A stretch of 64,000 nt of DNA from assembly GCA_965153285.1 (NCBI GenBank), contig OZ229111.1. The stretch is one strand, 5' to 3'. The notes under the pieces are model-generated. The model made no database searches, was not told where the DNA came from, and saw nothing but the letters and a program-made list of their open reading frames with translations. Origin of the DNA: Podarcis tiliguerta. Lineage: Eukaryota. Below, piece after piece: positions 34,901 to 46,300 of the stretch. Each line of letters starts with the position of its first letter. The first letter of the stretch is position 1. The position numbers and the translations under genes are program-made.

Positions 34901-37900
34901 ATGTGATTTGTGACTATGTAATGATGCGGATTGTAGTTTGTTTTACTGTTAATTTTGGTCTCTCTGTGTGTGATTTAAATCCCATTAAGCTGCCCAGAGA
35001 ACTTCAGTTATAGGGTCGCCTATACATTGAATGTATGTATAAAGGCCCATCATGCCCATTCCTGGTTCAGAGTGAAGAATGCCAACAGCTCTATCTTTGG
35101 GCTTTATTTCTTATGATCATCAGAGGAAGATGAAAGTTGGTTTGATACTGAAGCACAGGAATCAGCCAGTCAAAGCCACAGAAACCCTGGTGCTAAAAGC
35201 TAGTCTCCTGGTTTATTTTGTCAGGAGTGATGGTTCAAGGCAAGGCAAAGAAAAATGTACTCATTGCTTCTCATGAGGCATCCCGAAGTGAATTGCAATA
35301 TAACATGGGTCTCAACTAATGTTGGCAACTACGAGAGAGAGGGTTTACCTGTGTAAACGTTGCAGTATTTCCCACCATACTGAGTTGTTACCTCTGGCCC
35401 AATAGAGGCACTGGAAAGAGATGGGAACTGGCTAAGCTCACGATACAAAGCAGCTATCTCCTCTGCGTCATTCAACAACTGCACAATAAAAAGAAAGCAG
35501 CAGCATAATTAGTTGGGACCAACTCCAGGTAAAAGCAACACAAACATGCTTGCAATTAGCCCTTTGCTCATGGCAAGTAACAACTGCTTCCGGGTGAGAA
35601 GCTGGAACAGAGAGCAGGAAGCATGTAAGGTGGGGACACTTTGGTGAGTTGAAGGAGAGAGCACACAGCTAGCTGGAGACATAGCAGTCCTGGCTTTGCG
35701 CCTTCTGCAGGTTAGAGGAAGGTTGTAGCAGCTGCTCCTAACTTCTTTTCTTACCTAAGCAGATGTACTGATGTGCATACAGGAAAAATCACATCACTGC
35801 TGCAGATAGGAAAGAGAAGCTCATCACCTGCTTCTGAGCAAATTAAGATGCCACACTGATATAGGGTGTATGTTTCTCCCTGTCTCCTGCTCAGTTTTCT
35901 TTTTTCATTCCCACCACAACCAATACACAATATATGTTACTTAGAAGTCCTTTCTCCTGGAACATTTTGGGTCCTTAGTTAATCTTTAAGGTGACACACA
36001 AGACTTGTTTTGTCCCAAGTTTGCAATCCAAAACAGACAAGAGCTGGATGTTTCTTGTCTACTTGTTTTTGAAACAGACAGAACCAGGAAGTCTGTTCTG
36101 TACCAAGTTGCAGGTGCTGCAGCAAAGGTGCTCTTTCAACTACCAATACATTCATCAGCCCAGCAGCCCAAGTTAATGTGTGACACTCTAGGCCCGCAGC
36201 AATTGAAACATGAAAGGACAAAGTTTCAATAGCTACATTTGGCACACTATTTACTTTGGAAAGGCAGGGCAGGCAATCACATGGTAATTAAAGGCCAGTT
36301 ATCACTCCTTCTATCTGAAAAGTTCACAAGCATGTGAGGATCCCGAATCAGCAACTTCCATGCAAAAGAGAGACATCAATTGTTATTGAAGCTAAATAGG
36401 AGAAGGGTAAAAACATTCCCTGCCTCCCTTGCTCATTAACATTTTATCTGTGCCATCAGGGAATAACCTTGGGCCACTGGCAACTACAGAATTTTGTTTG
36501 GAAAGGTGTCCAGGAAGAACTCTTCCTATACCCTTCCTGCTCCCCCAGCTCCCCCTTTGTGTTTTTTTCTAAACCAAGGATAGGGAACCTGTGGCCCTCC
36601 AGATGTTGTTAGACTCCACCTCAGCTAACATGACCAATGGTCAGAGATTATAGGAGTTGAGAGTCCAACATCATTTAGGCTGCAAAATCCAAACCCTGAG
36701 CAGACAGAAGTGCTGTTTATCAGATTGCCATGGCTGCCATGGGCGTAGTCAGGATTTTTGTTAGGGGGGCAGGACTTTTGTTAGGGAGGGCAGAACCTGT
36801 TAGCTATGTATTTTGCTGGTTTTTATTGATTAGCTACACCCATGCTGTTTCGGCTGGCCAGGGTGGAAGGTGTGGGGATGCCTGGAGCTAGTGCAGCAGT
36901 TGGATGGAGACTGGGTCCGGTACCATCAGCAGTGAGGCTGACTTGCAATGCAATGGATCTCAGGCTGGTTCAGCCCTTCCCTGCCTTCACATCACCCGAT
37001 TTTGGGGCTTTGTGTGGGCCGCTGCTGACAGGGATCCTGCCAGTGGCACTTCCATACACTTGCAGGCTCAGCAGGCAGAACAGGGGGGTCCATACTGGCA
37101 GACTGATGTGGATGCCACTGTGCAGGTGGAGGCCAGCAGAGCTGAGCAGAGGGACACCTCCACCCAATCTACCTGCCACACTGTGTCCAAGAGCCACAGG
37201 TCAGCCACTCCTACCCTAAAGCAACAGGACTCCTTTAGTCCAAGAGTTCAAAGTCCAGTTCTCTCTGCTACAACAGCTACTTCATACACTTAGTCCTCCC
37301 TTCTCCGAAGCAAGTGAGGAACTTTACCCTAATAATCCACTTGATATATGGGAACAACAGTGTGGTGACAAAGAATAAAGATAACCACTCCCCTCTCTGC
37401 CGCCACCTTAAGACTTTCCCCCTGTAGCATCCTAAATTCGTGCCACATCCAGTCACCCATGCGCTCAGGGTTCTTAAATCATGCCAGGTCAACACGCTAA
37501 AAAACAAATATTTTAGAGCTGTGACGGTTCCCACCTTGTGTGCACGTGAATTTTTTTTTTAGGGGGGGGGGAGAGTAGAGGGATGCTGAAGTACTGCGAA
37601 AGGAAGTTTTTGTTTTTTTCCTTTTGCCTGGAGATATAAAGAAGAGTTGCCACATTCTCCCCACCCACCCCCAATTACATCTCCATATTGGCCGGGTGTG
37701 CCTGTGGAGAAGAGTTGTTTCACATGTTGCAGTTGTGCTCATCTCGCAGCTCTTAAAAGCGGGGGCCGGGGGAGAGAAAGGAGCCAGCAGCCTTGGAGCG
37801 CGGCCCGTATCCCGCCCCCAGGAACAATCCTATGCGGACAGCTAGCGTGGCAGCAGCAGAAGGGAGCCCATTCACACGTTCGTGCCCCTCCGAAGGGGAT

Positions 37901-38072
37901 GCTGGGAGCCCCAACACACAAACACACCCGCCCGCGGAGCATTGTGGGAAGGTCTGCTGAACGAGCAGCAGGAGCTGCTTCAGGCGGGCGCAGCCCACCC
38001 CCCGCATCCTCTTGGGGGGGCGGACCCGGGGAACCCCCCTCCCCCCCCCGCGTTTCCTACCGGTGGTTCCAT
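23350..38072 (-). CDS. APEH: Acylamino-acid-releasing enzyme (acylpeptide hydrolase), 22 exons, 728 aa
   Basis: Exons 5'->3': 38061-38072, 35349-35478, 34289-34415, 33359-33449, 32944-33019, 32519-32679, 31974-32111, 31383-31474, 30765-30805, 30548-30669, 29421-29481, 28275-28372, 27843-27894, 26797-26885, 25994-26132, 25540-25623, 25360-25440, 24785-24873, 24469-24659, 23863-23965, 23661-23767, 23350-23452; total 2187 nt. All introns GT-AG. Triad GGSHGG / EEDRRVP / NNHSLS. Lies downstream of BSN as in mammals. Confidence 0.97.
23661..23767 (-). CDS. APEH: APEH exon 21 (catalytic Asp)
   Basis: 107 nt; [35 protein letters not shown]. Confidence 0.95.
23863..23965 (-). CDS. APEH: APEH exon 20
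   Basis: 103 nt; [11 protein letters not shown]...QYVDK. Confidence 0.95.
24130..24400 (+). mobile_element. Degenerate CR1-type 3' region
   Basis: caccaacttggatggttttaaa...ctggttggtcactgggagaataggatgc resembles reptile CR1 3' UTRs. Confidence 0.55.
24469..24659 (-). CDS. APEH: APEH exon 19 (catalytic Ser)
   Basis: 191 nt; [10 protein letters not shown]...GGSHGG...STDIPDW. Confidence 0.96.
24785..24873 (-). CDS. APEH: APEH exon 18
   Basis: 89 nt; [29 protein letters not shown]. Confidence 0.95.
25360..25440 (-). CDS. APEH: APEH exon 17
   Basis: 81 nt; [26 protein letters not shown]. Confidence 0.95.
25540..25623 (-). CDS. APEH: APEH exon 16
   Basis: 84 nt; [27 protein letters not shown]. 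Confidence 0.95.
25994..26132 (-). CDS. APEH: APEH exon 15
   Basis: 139 nt; [11 protein letters not shown]...EQDNPQY. Confidence 0.95.
26797..26885 (-). CDS. APEH: APEH exon 14
   Basis: 89 nt; [29 protein letters not shown]. Confidence 0.94.
27207..27285. repeat. G-rich 30-bp tandem repeat (~2.5 copies)
   Basis: tagggagggggttg(t/c)gtggggtaaggaga-like unit repeated. Confidence 0.85.
27843..27894 (-). CDS. APEH: APEH exon 13
   Basis: 52 nt; [17 protein letters not shown]. Confidence 0.92.
28275..28372 (-). CDS. APEH: APEH exon 12
   Basis: 98 nt; [32 protein letters not shown]. Confidence 0.94.
28917..28981. repeat. Compound (GCT)n(AAT)n microsatellite at a LINE tail remnant
   Basis: Direct reading; followed by L2-like tail ctggctgggttgctccagccaccctgggcggct. 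Confidence 0.9.
29421..29481 (-). CDS. APEH: APEH exon 11
   Basis: 61 nt; [20 protein letters not shown]. Confidence 0.94.
30548..30669 (-). CDS. APEH: APEH exon 10
   Basis: 122 nt; [24 protein letters not shown]...LCM. Confidence 0.95.
30765..30805 (-). CDS. APEH: APEH exon 9
   Basis: 41 nt; [13 protein letters not shown]. Confidence 0.92.
31383..31474 (-). CDS. APEH: APEH exon 8
   Basis: 92 nt; [30 protein letters not shown]. Confidence 0.95.
31974..32111 (-). CDS. APEH: APEH exon 7
   Basis: 138 nt; [12 protein letters not shown]...ISPGQ. Confidence 0.95.
32519..32679 (-). CDS. APEH: APEH exon 6
   Basis: 161 nt; [29 protein letters not shown]...DKAIK. Confidence 0.95.
32944..33019 (-). 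CDS. APEH: APEH exon 5
   Basis: 76 nt; [25 protein letters not shown]. Confidence 0.95.
33359..33449 (-). CDS. APEH: APEH exon 4
   Basis: 91 nt; [30 protein letters not shown]. Confidence 0.95.
34289..34415 (-). CDS. APEH: APEH exon 3
   Basis: 127 nt; [23 protein letters not shown]...EIKG. Confidence 0.95.
34735..34890 (-). mobile_element. 5S rRNA-derived SINE (SINE3-like) remnant
   Basis: Minus strand gaagctaagcagg..tggtcagtgtctggatgggagacc matches the 5S internal promoter (box A/IE/box C); flanks are not 5S. Confidence 0.7.
35349..35478 (-). CDS. APEH: APEH exon 2
   Basis: 130 nt; [43 protein letters not shown]. Confidence 0.94.
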
Positions 38073-38420
38073 CTCCTTTGCCGCTGCGCCCAGTCCCGGA
38101 GGTTCGAAGTTCGGTCACCTTCCGCTCGGTACCTCCAGGGTGGGTGGGGCTGTTCCTTTTCGGTCCCGCCTACTTCTATTGGCTATGGACCTGCCCGTCA
38201 AAGTCAGCGCGCGCTGCTCAGTGGGAAGCCTGGTCATTCCTTTTATCTGGAGACAGGACTTCCTGTGTTGCAAGGCGAAGCCTCGGCTTGGCGTGGACGT
38301 CTCTGACCACCCGGCCCGTTGGTGCTCTTTTCTTTCTAAACCGACCCTTTCCCCCACTCTAATGTGAATTTGCAATCACTTAAAAATGTGTTGCAGGCGA
38401 AGATCCTCGTGGCGGGGCTT
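37740..38420 (-). promoter_or_regulatory. APEH: CpG island / promoter of APEH
   Basis: CpG-rich stretch around exon 1; CCAAT box (~38178-38182) and GC box (~38165) upstream of the ATG. Confidence 0.82.
38061..38072 (-). CDS. APEH: APEH exon 1 coding part (MEPP)
   Basis: GAGATGG Kozak context, 12 coding nt then GTAGGA donor; matches the 4-codon first exon of mammalian APEH (MERQ); inside CpG island. Confidence 0.82.
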
Positions 38421-41400
38421 CAAGGACAGTGGCTTAAAATAGGCCACCCCACAACGTTAGCCCCGTACTTCTCCTTATTCTCCTCTCATCCTAAATTGTT
38501 TCTTTACTTTCCTAAATAAATGTCGTGCTTGTGTTTATTATGAATTTGACTCATATTTTCTGTGTAGGTGGCGGCGGCGGGGAGAGGCAGCAAATTTAAA
38601 ACTGTTTCTGCAATCATCTGGCTGCCAGGAACTTGGAACGAAAAGCCTACATTTTTATGAGGGTTGTTCAACCACCTACTACTTCCAATCTGAATTTTAT
38701 CTTTGCAAAAGTCAAATGAAGTTCAGCGATTCTGCTGCTACTAGCTTGAATTGTGAATGTACTTTTTTTTTAAAAAAAATACCAGACCTAATGGAAATGA
38801 AAACAGCTTTGTTTTTAAAAGTAGTGACATAGGTTTGGTGTGGTTGATACCTCCAGTTCAGTCACAGTGACATTCAGGCATGTTTGAGTAAAGTCCAGCC
38901 GAGTAAAAACCCACATGCCGTTCAGTGTGGGGCTCACACTAGGCATTCAGGAATAATAGAAAGGGACACCAAATCTCATGCCAATATAACTGTTTTTGGA
39001 TCTTATTTACAATTTTAGCAGCTCCACAGGCAGGGTGGCAAGCCAATTATCAAAGCCTCTTCCAATTTGTGTCCATTGCATGTGAAAGTCACTTGTAATT
39101 CCTTCACCCTTAGGTTGTGTTTTAGCAATTATGGAGCTGCAGTTTGTCTTGCTACCACTGTTTTCTGCACTGTGTGCTGGTATGAATCCCTGGGCTGCTT
39201 CAGCATTTCCAATTGTTTCTGTAAGAGAGCTTTTAAAAACAACAACACCACAGCTTGGATGCTCCTTTACCATCACTGATGTTGCTCAATGAAAGTTGTG
39301 CATCAGCTGTATCTGTTCTTGTGATGCTTAGCAGATGGTGAAGCATTGCTTAGCTCTGCTGTTTTCATAAAGGGACTGGGAAGAGGGCAAGGTCACTGGG
39401 TTCTCCAGTGCCCTACCAAGGACTGAGCATCTGGATCCTGTTCTTAGTGATTCTGCTAGACAGCAGTCAAGGGGGAGAGGGAAGGCCCGAGCTGCTCTGT
39501 GGTCCACTGTGTTATTTGTGGTGCTATGATAAGCTGATTTTACCACATGGAGTGGAAGGTGACAGAAGGGGTGTCCTTTGAGGAAAAAGCAGGCTGCTGG
39601 CAGTCAGTGGAGGGAAGGAGGGGTTATAGAAAATGGAATAGGTCCAAAAGTTTGTAGAGTGAGACCATTGGTTTTTGTGTGTATGGCACTTGAACTATGG
39701 ATACTCCTGCATCCCATAATTCCTCACAGCCCGTTCCCCCCCCCTTTAAGTATTTATAATTCAACTGTGAAAGATTGTTCATGAGCAGTTCCTCTCGTCT
39801 TGCCTTTGCAACAGATCTAGCTATCCATCTAACCCGCTTGGGTGCCCAGCACCTGCAGCTTTGGAAAGGAAGAGTGATTTGCTTGGTTTTGGCTGTCACT
39901 TCATGCACTGTACTTTCATCTCAGAAGGGCACACACGTCGCTTTCATGACTCCATGGAATCAATGCAGACACCTCTCTTGGCAAACAAGGGGTGCCTCGC
40001 ACAAGCTCTTGCCAACTCTGGCTGCGTGGGACTAAATGTTCCTGCGCCAGTACTTGAACGGGGAATAGCACATGCCATGTGACTCCCACAGGAAAGCTGT
40101 GCAGCTCCTGGGTCTGCAGGCAGCCGCCTGAAAATGTGAATGGATGGGGCTCCTAGCAGGAGGCAGTGTCTGCCGGAGGCAGGCACCAACCCTTTCCCAG
40201 CTTGTTAATAATGGCTTAAGGTCTATGGGAGCAGCTTCCCTGCTAATCCAGCCAGCCAATATCTCAGGGTCAGGAGAAAACCTCGCCCTGCAAAGCCGAG
40301 TGGGAAGCTGCCCCCACGGCAGGGTGACTGGAGTGGAATGACAAATCACACCTTCCAGATTGGCGCTTCCTGTGTGCTGCTAATCAGCTGAACTGCAACA
40401 GGAAGCACTCGGTGGCAGATGGCTCTGCAGGCACTGAGTGGGAGCTGCATCCATATGCAGTGGGTGGGCTGAGAGAGACCCAGGTATGATGGGAGAGGGA
40501 TAAACAGTTAAAAGAAGAAGAGGGGGCAGGGTAATTGGCTTTCTGAGAGAAGCAATGTCTTTGACAGGCCTTGATGCTTTAAGCCCTTGCAGCCTCAGGG
40601 TTGGAGACAGCAGCAGGTGGGCATCCTCTTCCATGCTATTCCTGACATGTAATGTGCTTGTTTAAAGCCTTGGTGGTGATATGAACTATGTCTGTACCTG
40701 AAGTCGATTTGAGCACTCTGTGTGTGTGCGCTGGAAAAGCAGCAGAAGCAATTCTGAGAAGTCAAAGACGCCATTCTTTTTTATAACACAACCCCGCCTA
40801 AAATCATACAAAGACATAGAAATGTGGAGAAATTGGGTCCTTTGGCTGTGAATTTTTAAATTAAAAAAACCAACACAGGGATTATTTTGGGAAAGTCCTG
40901 GACAGCCTTAAACCCACAGTAATTCTGTCCCTGGTTAAAAGAGAGAGAGAATATCAATATTGGGTCCAGGCTCACCACCGTAGCAAGAACTAAAGTGGTG
41001 CCTTCTGAAAATTGTTTAACTTTGAGCTCCCAACACTGCCAGCCAGCATGGCCAGTGGTTAGAGATGGGAACTGTATAGCCCAACATCATCTGTAGGTAG
41101 GTAGCATGTTAGCTACTAACCAGTGATGGATTAGTTTTAAAGCTTCTCCAAGGAAGCCTCCTTGATTCTGTTTCTTCTGCATTTCCCAATACCATTTATT
41201 TTTCCAGACTCTTTAAAAATGTTTCCCTTTTCCTCCCCCAAACTTGGCAATATCATTTGTGGTCCTTGTTAGTGATCTTGACCTGGAGGTAGAAATAAAC
41301 CATTTCTACCTGTTGAACTCATGAAACCTTTCTGCAGGCTTCCACATTGTTCATCAAATAGTTCATATTGTTTGAGTGACTTTATGATGCCCCTTGCCAC

Positions 41401-41854
41401 CATTTGTATCCTTTAGAGTGGTCTTACTCACTGCTGGTTTGTAGGGCATAGCTCTATCTGCTCATGGCATTTCCCCTGTAGGATAGCCTTGTTGTTGAAT
41501 CACGATTCCCCTCATCCCTGACTGCGACTACTCTAGCTTTTCTGATTCATAGCCTTATGATACATCTGACTACATTTTGGGATACCCTTTTTAATGCTAC
41601 CCAAACCTAGCAAATATGCTTTTGTGACCTCACGGCTAGACTACTGTAACATGTTCTATCTGGGTCTGCTATTGATGACTACCCAGATGACATCTGCAGG
41701 GGCTAGACCAGGTACCTTTCTGGTGGAGCACAGATCTCAGCTACCTGTCCTAAAGGATTTGTCTGAAAGACCTGGAACTCTGTCTATTGAATGCGGCAGG
41801 GTGATGTGATTAATGGATTAGTAGCAAATCTAGGCACAGCAAGTCTGGATTTAC

Positions 41855-42050
41855 GGGAAGGGCTGTCACTCCATGGAAGTGCAGAAATCCCAGTTTCAAT
41901 CCCTGGCATCACCAGTTAAGAGACCTCTGCTAGCAGAGCTGGCAAAAACCTTTGCCCGAGGCTCAGGTGGGGGTGCTGCTGTCCACCAGAGTAAACAGTA
42001 TTGGACTAGTGGGACCAGGGGTCAGTGTCTGACCATGTGAAGCAACTTCA
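41855..42050 (+). mobile_element. Degenerate tRNA-derived SINE
   Basis: Similar to the 52015-52195 copy. Confidence 0.55.
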
Positions 42051-43319
42051 TGAGCTCACCTATCATGAAGATGCAAGTCAGTCCAATCAGGATCCTCAGG
42101 AAGCCATTGATGCTTATCAAGGCCCTGGGAATATGTGATGTAGCAGGGAATCTGGGAATGATGGGAGCAGGATTTGGGCACTCACGATGTGACTAGATCT
42201 GTTACAGCTACAGCAGTCACAAGCTGTCTGCTTTCATCAGTCAGGACTCCACTGGATATCTGTGTGTGTAACTTGCCACCCCCCATCCCTAGAGCTGACG
42301 TCTGATGCCTGAGGCATCCATCTATACTGCTTGTTGGGTTGGCCTGGCACTGCAACATTATGCTTATGGATGCAGTAAAAGAAAGAGACACCAGCCCCAG
42401 CCCCTATTCCCAGTTAAAGCCTGGCTTCTCTCTGGGATTTTTCAGTAATGCAGGAATGTTATTTAGTGCAAAGGGAGAAGCACATTGTACACACAAAGAA
42501 CCATTCTGGGTGCTCTTCCCTCCCCCTTTTTCCCCTCCCGAGGGGGACTGATCACACAAATTGACCCTGTGGACATACAGATAGATGGCTGACTGTAATA
42601 CTTGTGTTACATGTTCCTTTGAATACAGTCAGGGTGGGGAGCAAATCCTCTACTGTGCATATTGGATCTCTTGCTGGATGAGTGTGTGTGAAAGGACTCT
42701 TGAGGCATCTGGAGCCATGGGTGTGTGTGCACCTTGCTGTGGCACGTAAAACCACCTCCATTCTGGTACACTGTGGTCAGGATGGCTGGTGCATAGATGG
42801 CCCTTTCCAGCTGGTACAGCTCTCCTTTTAGAATTGGGAAAGACCCAGACTAATTTGACCATGGCAGCCTCATGTGCTGACTAGGTCTGTGACAGCTGCA
42901 ATCTATAAGGCAGCGACTGATGCTCATCAGTTTTGGCTTCGTTATCAGAGTGGTGGTTTTCTGTGTGTCCAGGCCATTTTCAGTTACATTCAGCTACAGG
43001 AACTGTCCATAGTCTGAAGGAGTGCTGTCCAGATATGGCTGTACCCAGGGCTTTCCCCCTCCCACAACCGGAACTAAGCAGAACTCTGTTCCGGCACCTC
43101 TGAGGAGGGCACCATTACCACTGTAAGAGAGTTCCAGCACCTCCTTTTCTAGAAAAAATAGCACTGGCTGTACCACCAATCTGAAAACTAGGCTCTAGAA
43201 GGAAGTGTATGGAGAAGCAAGGAAAGTTTACACTGCTTTCAAATCTAGGTAACCCCCCCGGGGGGGGGGGGGACAACCACCCTAACTTTATGTGCCCCTA
43301 GCAGGTATGGACTCAGCCT

Positions 43320-46300
43320 TGTGAATCATATTAAGTCCTTTTATTCTGTTTTCCACAGAAATACCTTGTAGGGCAACTTCCCATACGGAATCACAATACA
43401 TGAGGTGGTACACTGAAATACTACAAGTTCTCACAGAGCACAGCAGGACACACACATCATTTACAATGTTCAGATAAAGGATTTAGGTCATTGCACTTAC
43501 AACTGTAAACTTCTTCTTTTGTTTGATGGGTGGTGGTTGGTATTTTTTAAAATTAATTTTTATACAGAACCCCTCCTGCCTCCAAGATAATAAAAATAAA
43601 AAAGAATAAGGGAACAACTCAAGATACATGGGAGGCAGGACGAGGGCATGAAAGGTACATGTCATGTGACAGCCACAACAACTCTACAAGACTCTGCTAT
43701 GCTTTGCAAGAAGAGGAACAGTCCAAAGGAGCCAGTCACAAACACCAGGCTTTGTTTGTTGATCTTTTGTACACAAAAGCAAGAGTTGGCAGGTGTGCTG
43801 GTTGGTGAGATGGAGCCCCCGAAAAGGGGCCTGTGAGTTGTTGTTTTTCTTTTTTTTTTCTTCATACCACATGAGATTTTTAATTTAGTTTTATTATTTT
43901 ACACACTGTACAAATATTTACAATGGAAGGGAGGGAGGGAGGTTGTAGCAGCCACTGTTGAGAAAACCTGTAGGGGACACAAATTCAACCTAGAGCCCTG
44001 AAGAAGCATCCTCAGATTTTGCACTTGTCATTGTGGGTAATCCTTTGTATATTGGGGGGGGGGAGGGGAACAGGGGAGGCCTGAGTGGCAGGGAAGGAGC
44101 TGGGTGGAGAAACTTGCAGTTGTTGCTACCAAATGCCTTGTTTGACTCAAGTTGGAAGCAAATCTCCATTTTGGGAGTCTCTACCCCAGCTTGCCATCCA
44201 AGCTGAAGCAGCTGCCAAGAACATATGCTTACCAACCAAGCCTTCCATCCTGTATGTAGGTCCACTATGAGTAGCTGCCACCCCTTCTACTTGGAATTAT
44301 TTCCAGTCTGTCTATCATCAGAAAGATCCATGAACTCCATAACTGCTATGGTGGCCACAACTCCAAGATGAACCAAACAGGTACACAGACTGCTGCCAAA
44401 ACTGGGTCTTTACAATGGGTGATTGCCAACAAGGTGAGTGTGCAGTTTCCTTGCCCATGGAAAACTCAACTAGCATTCTCTGAAGCTAAGGTGACATTTT
44501 CTGGTCTCCTCCAATGAGACAGCACAGTGAGGTAGGGCCCAAGTACCTGCTTATGCTTTTATTAGTAGAGTAACCAATTCAACAGTGCAAGGAATTCAAG
44601 AGGCAGCCAGCTTGAAAGCATGGCCTCTGCCTTTATCTCCTACATGAATTTCCATGTCCTAAGCCAACTGCTGTATCAAATGATTGGCCTTTGTTCTACA
44701 AAGCATTCCACGCTGGTAAAATACCCTGGCTTGGCTACTTTAGAAGACAGCCTCTAGTCTACATACATATGATAACTTTCCCCACCTTGTAATCCATGGG
44801 AAGGAATAACTTAAGGCTTAGAGGTCACTCAATGGTACCAGAGCAGGAGGGGAAGATAGTGCCAAAAGTTGTGTAGGCAGTATATCTGCATCTTGACTGA
44901 GAAGCTGGGTTCTTAGCAAACAGCTGAACTACCATCAACAGACCTTCCTACTAATATTTTTAGATTTGCAACTCAACATCATGTCTGCACCAGACCCATT
45001 TGGGTATCAGGTGCAGTTGCATTGCCCGTGTAGCTTCTACCCTGTAGACTTTGACCCTGGTCCCCTTCATCCATCCACACAGCTGGTGGGGATGACTGTG
45101 TCTCCCTCAGGCAGACACTGGTTCTCATTGCATAGGTGTCTCAGGCAAAAAGGGACCTGCCTTTTCTAAGGCTTTTGGCCAGATCTCTAGTTGGGCACCA
45201 TAGTGACAAACTAGGAGCACAGGCAATTGCTGTGTGAATGTGCTCTCTAAGATGACAAGGAGAGGCCACTGCTGGCCAAAGATGTTGCAAAGTGCGAGTC
45301 TTCCCCAAGTGCACTCCATGGGAACCATGCAAACATGTCTGCCTTTACAGTTTTGCTTAGTCCTCTTTTCGCACAGTCCTCGCACAGTCCTCTTTTCTTT
45401 TTAGTTAGAAGATGAACCATACTATATGCTAGCTGTTCACATGAGTCTCTTGTAACATTAAGGCTTATATCAAAATAATGCAGACCTGGATTAATTACTG
45501 TAGAGAGCTCATGTGATTCCAACCCCCAGCTGCCTAAGGGCCACAGCATACATTCCTTTTTCAGCATGCTCCTTTTTTAAGCGCTCACATAAAATAGAAA
45601 AGCGTGAAAGCGTGAAACACATTTTGCAAGTGTGTTTTAAGTATCAAATAAACCAGGAATACGAGTCAAGGAGTCCTGGTGAGCTGCTGCTCCTTGAGTA
45701 TCCAGTTGGTACCCAGGTTTGCCTCTGCAAAACGGGTGACGTGGCCCTTAGACTCACTGATCTGTCAGGTTCTCTTAAAAATGTCACAAACTTCTGTGTT
45801 TGCAAGAACCTCTCGTGTAACAGAGGTAGTTGCCTCTTAACCTTTCCCCTTCTCCTCTGTCAGAAAAAGCTCATACAGTTTTGTTCCAATTTTTGCAGAG
45901 CTCTGCCTTTGAGTCTTACCATGAGGGAAAGGCCCTGCACCATCATTGCACCAAGGGTGCTTGGTATGGCGGAAGTGAGTTGAAACGGTCTCTATTCTGG
46001 AACCTACTTCAGCTTAAACTGCACCGCTCAGTGGCTGTCAGCCTCCCATTGTCATGAGCTGCCGTTTAGTAGGTCTTTATTCATTAACATTGTGCTTGTG
46101 GGAACAGGAGACATCACTGCTGTTTCCCAGGTTCTGAACTTAGGGGAGGGGAATAAGGTGCTTTCTTTGCACTAACCGATGCCACACTGCTCAAATTGTC
46201 CATGCAGAATTTATTGGGGTAACTGAGTCTTGGAACACCTCCCCCAGCCTGTGGTGCTCTCGAACCAAGATAAATTTGGGCTTAATATTTTTTTGGCCAG

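Noticed and set aside
36738-36844. Short element with catgggcgtag/ctacacccatg inverted ends
   Set aside because: Probably a deleted MITE, but there is no TSD and too little sequence to classify.
74-38072. Possibility that the two APEH copies are an assembly or haplotype artefact
   Set aside because: Identity is only ~38-56% in the two exons counted, and intron lengths and sequences are unrelated.
37647-38375. Overlapping 116-219 aa ORFs at the APEH CpG island (likewise 20365-20885)
   Set aside because: Stop-poor GC-rich promoter DNA with Pro/Gly/Arg-biased translations and no recognisable domain.
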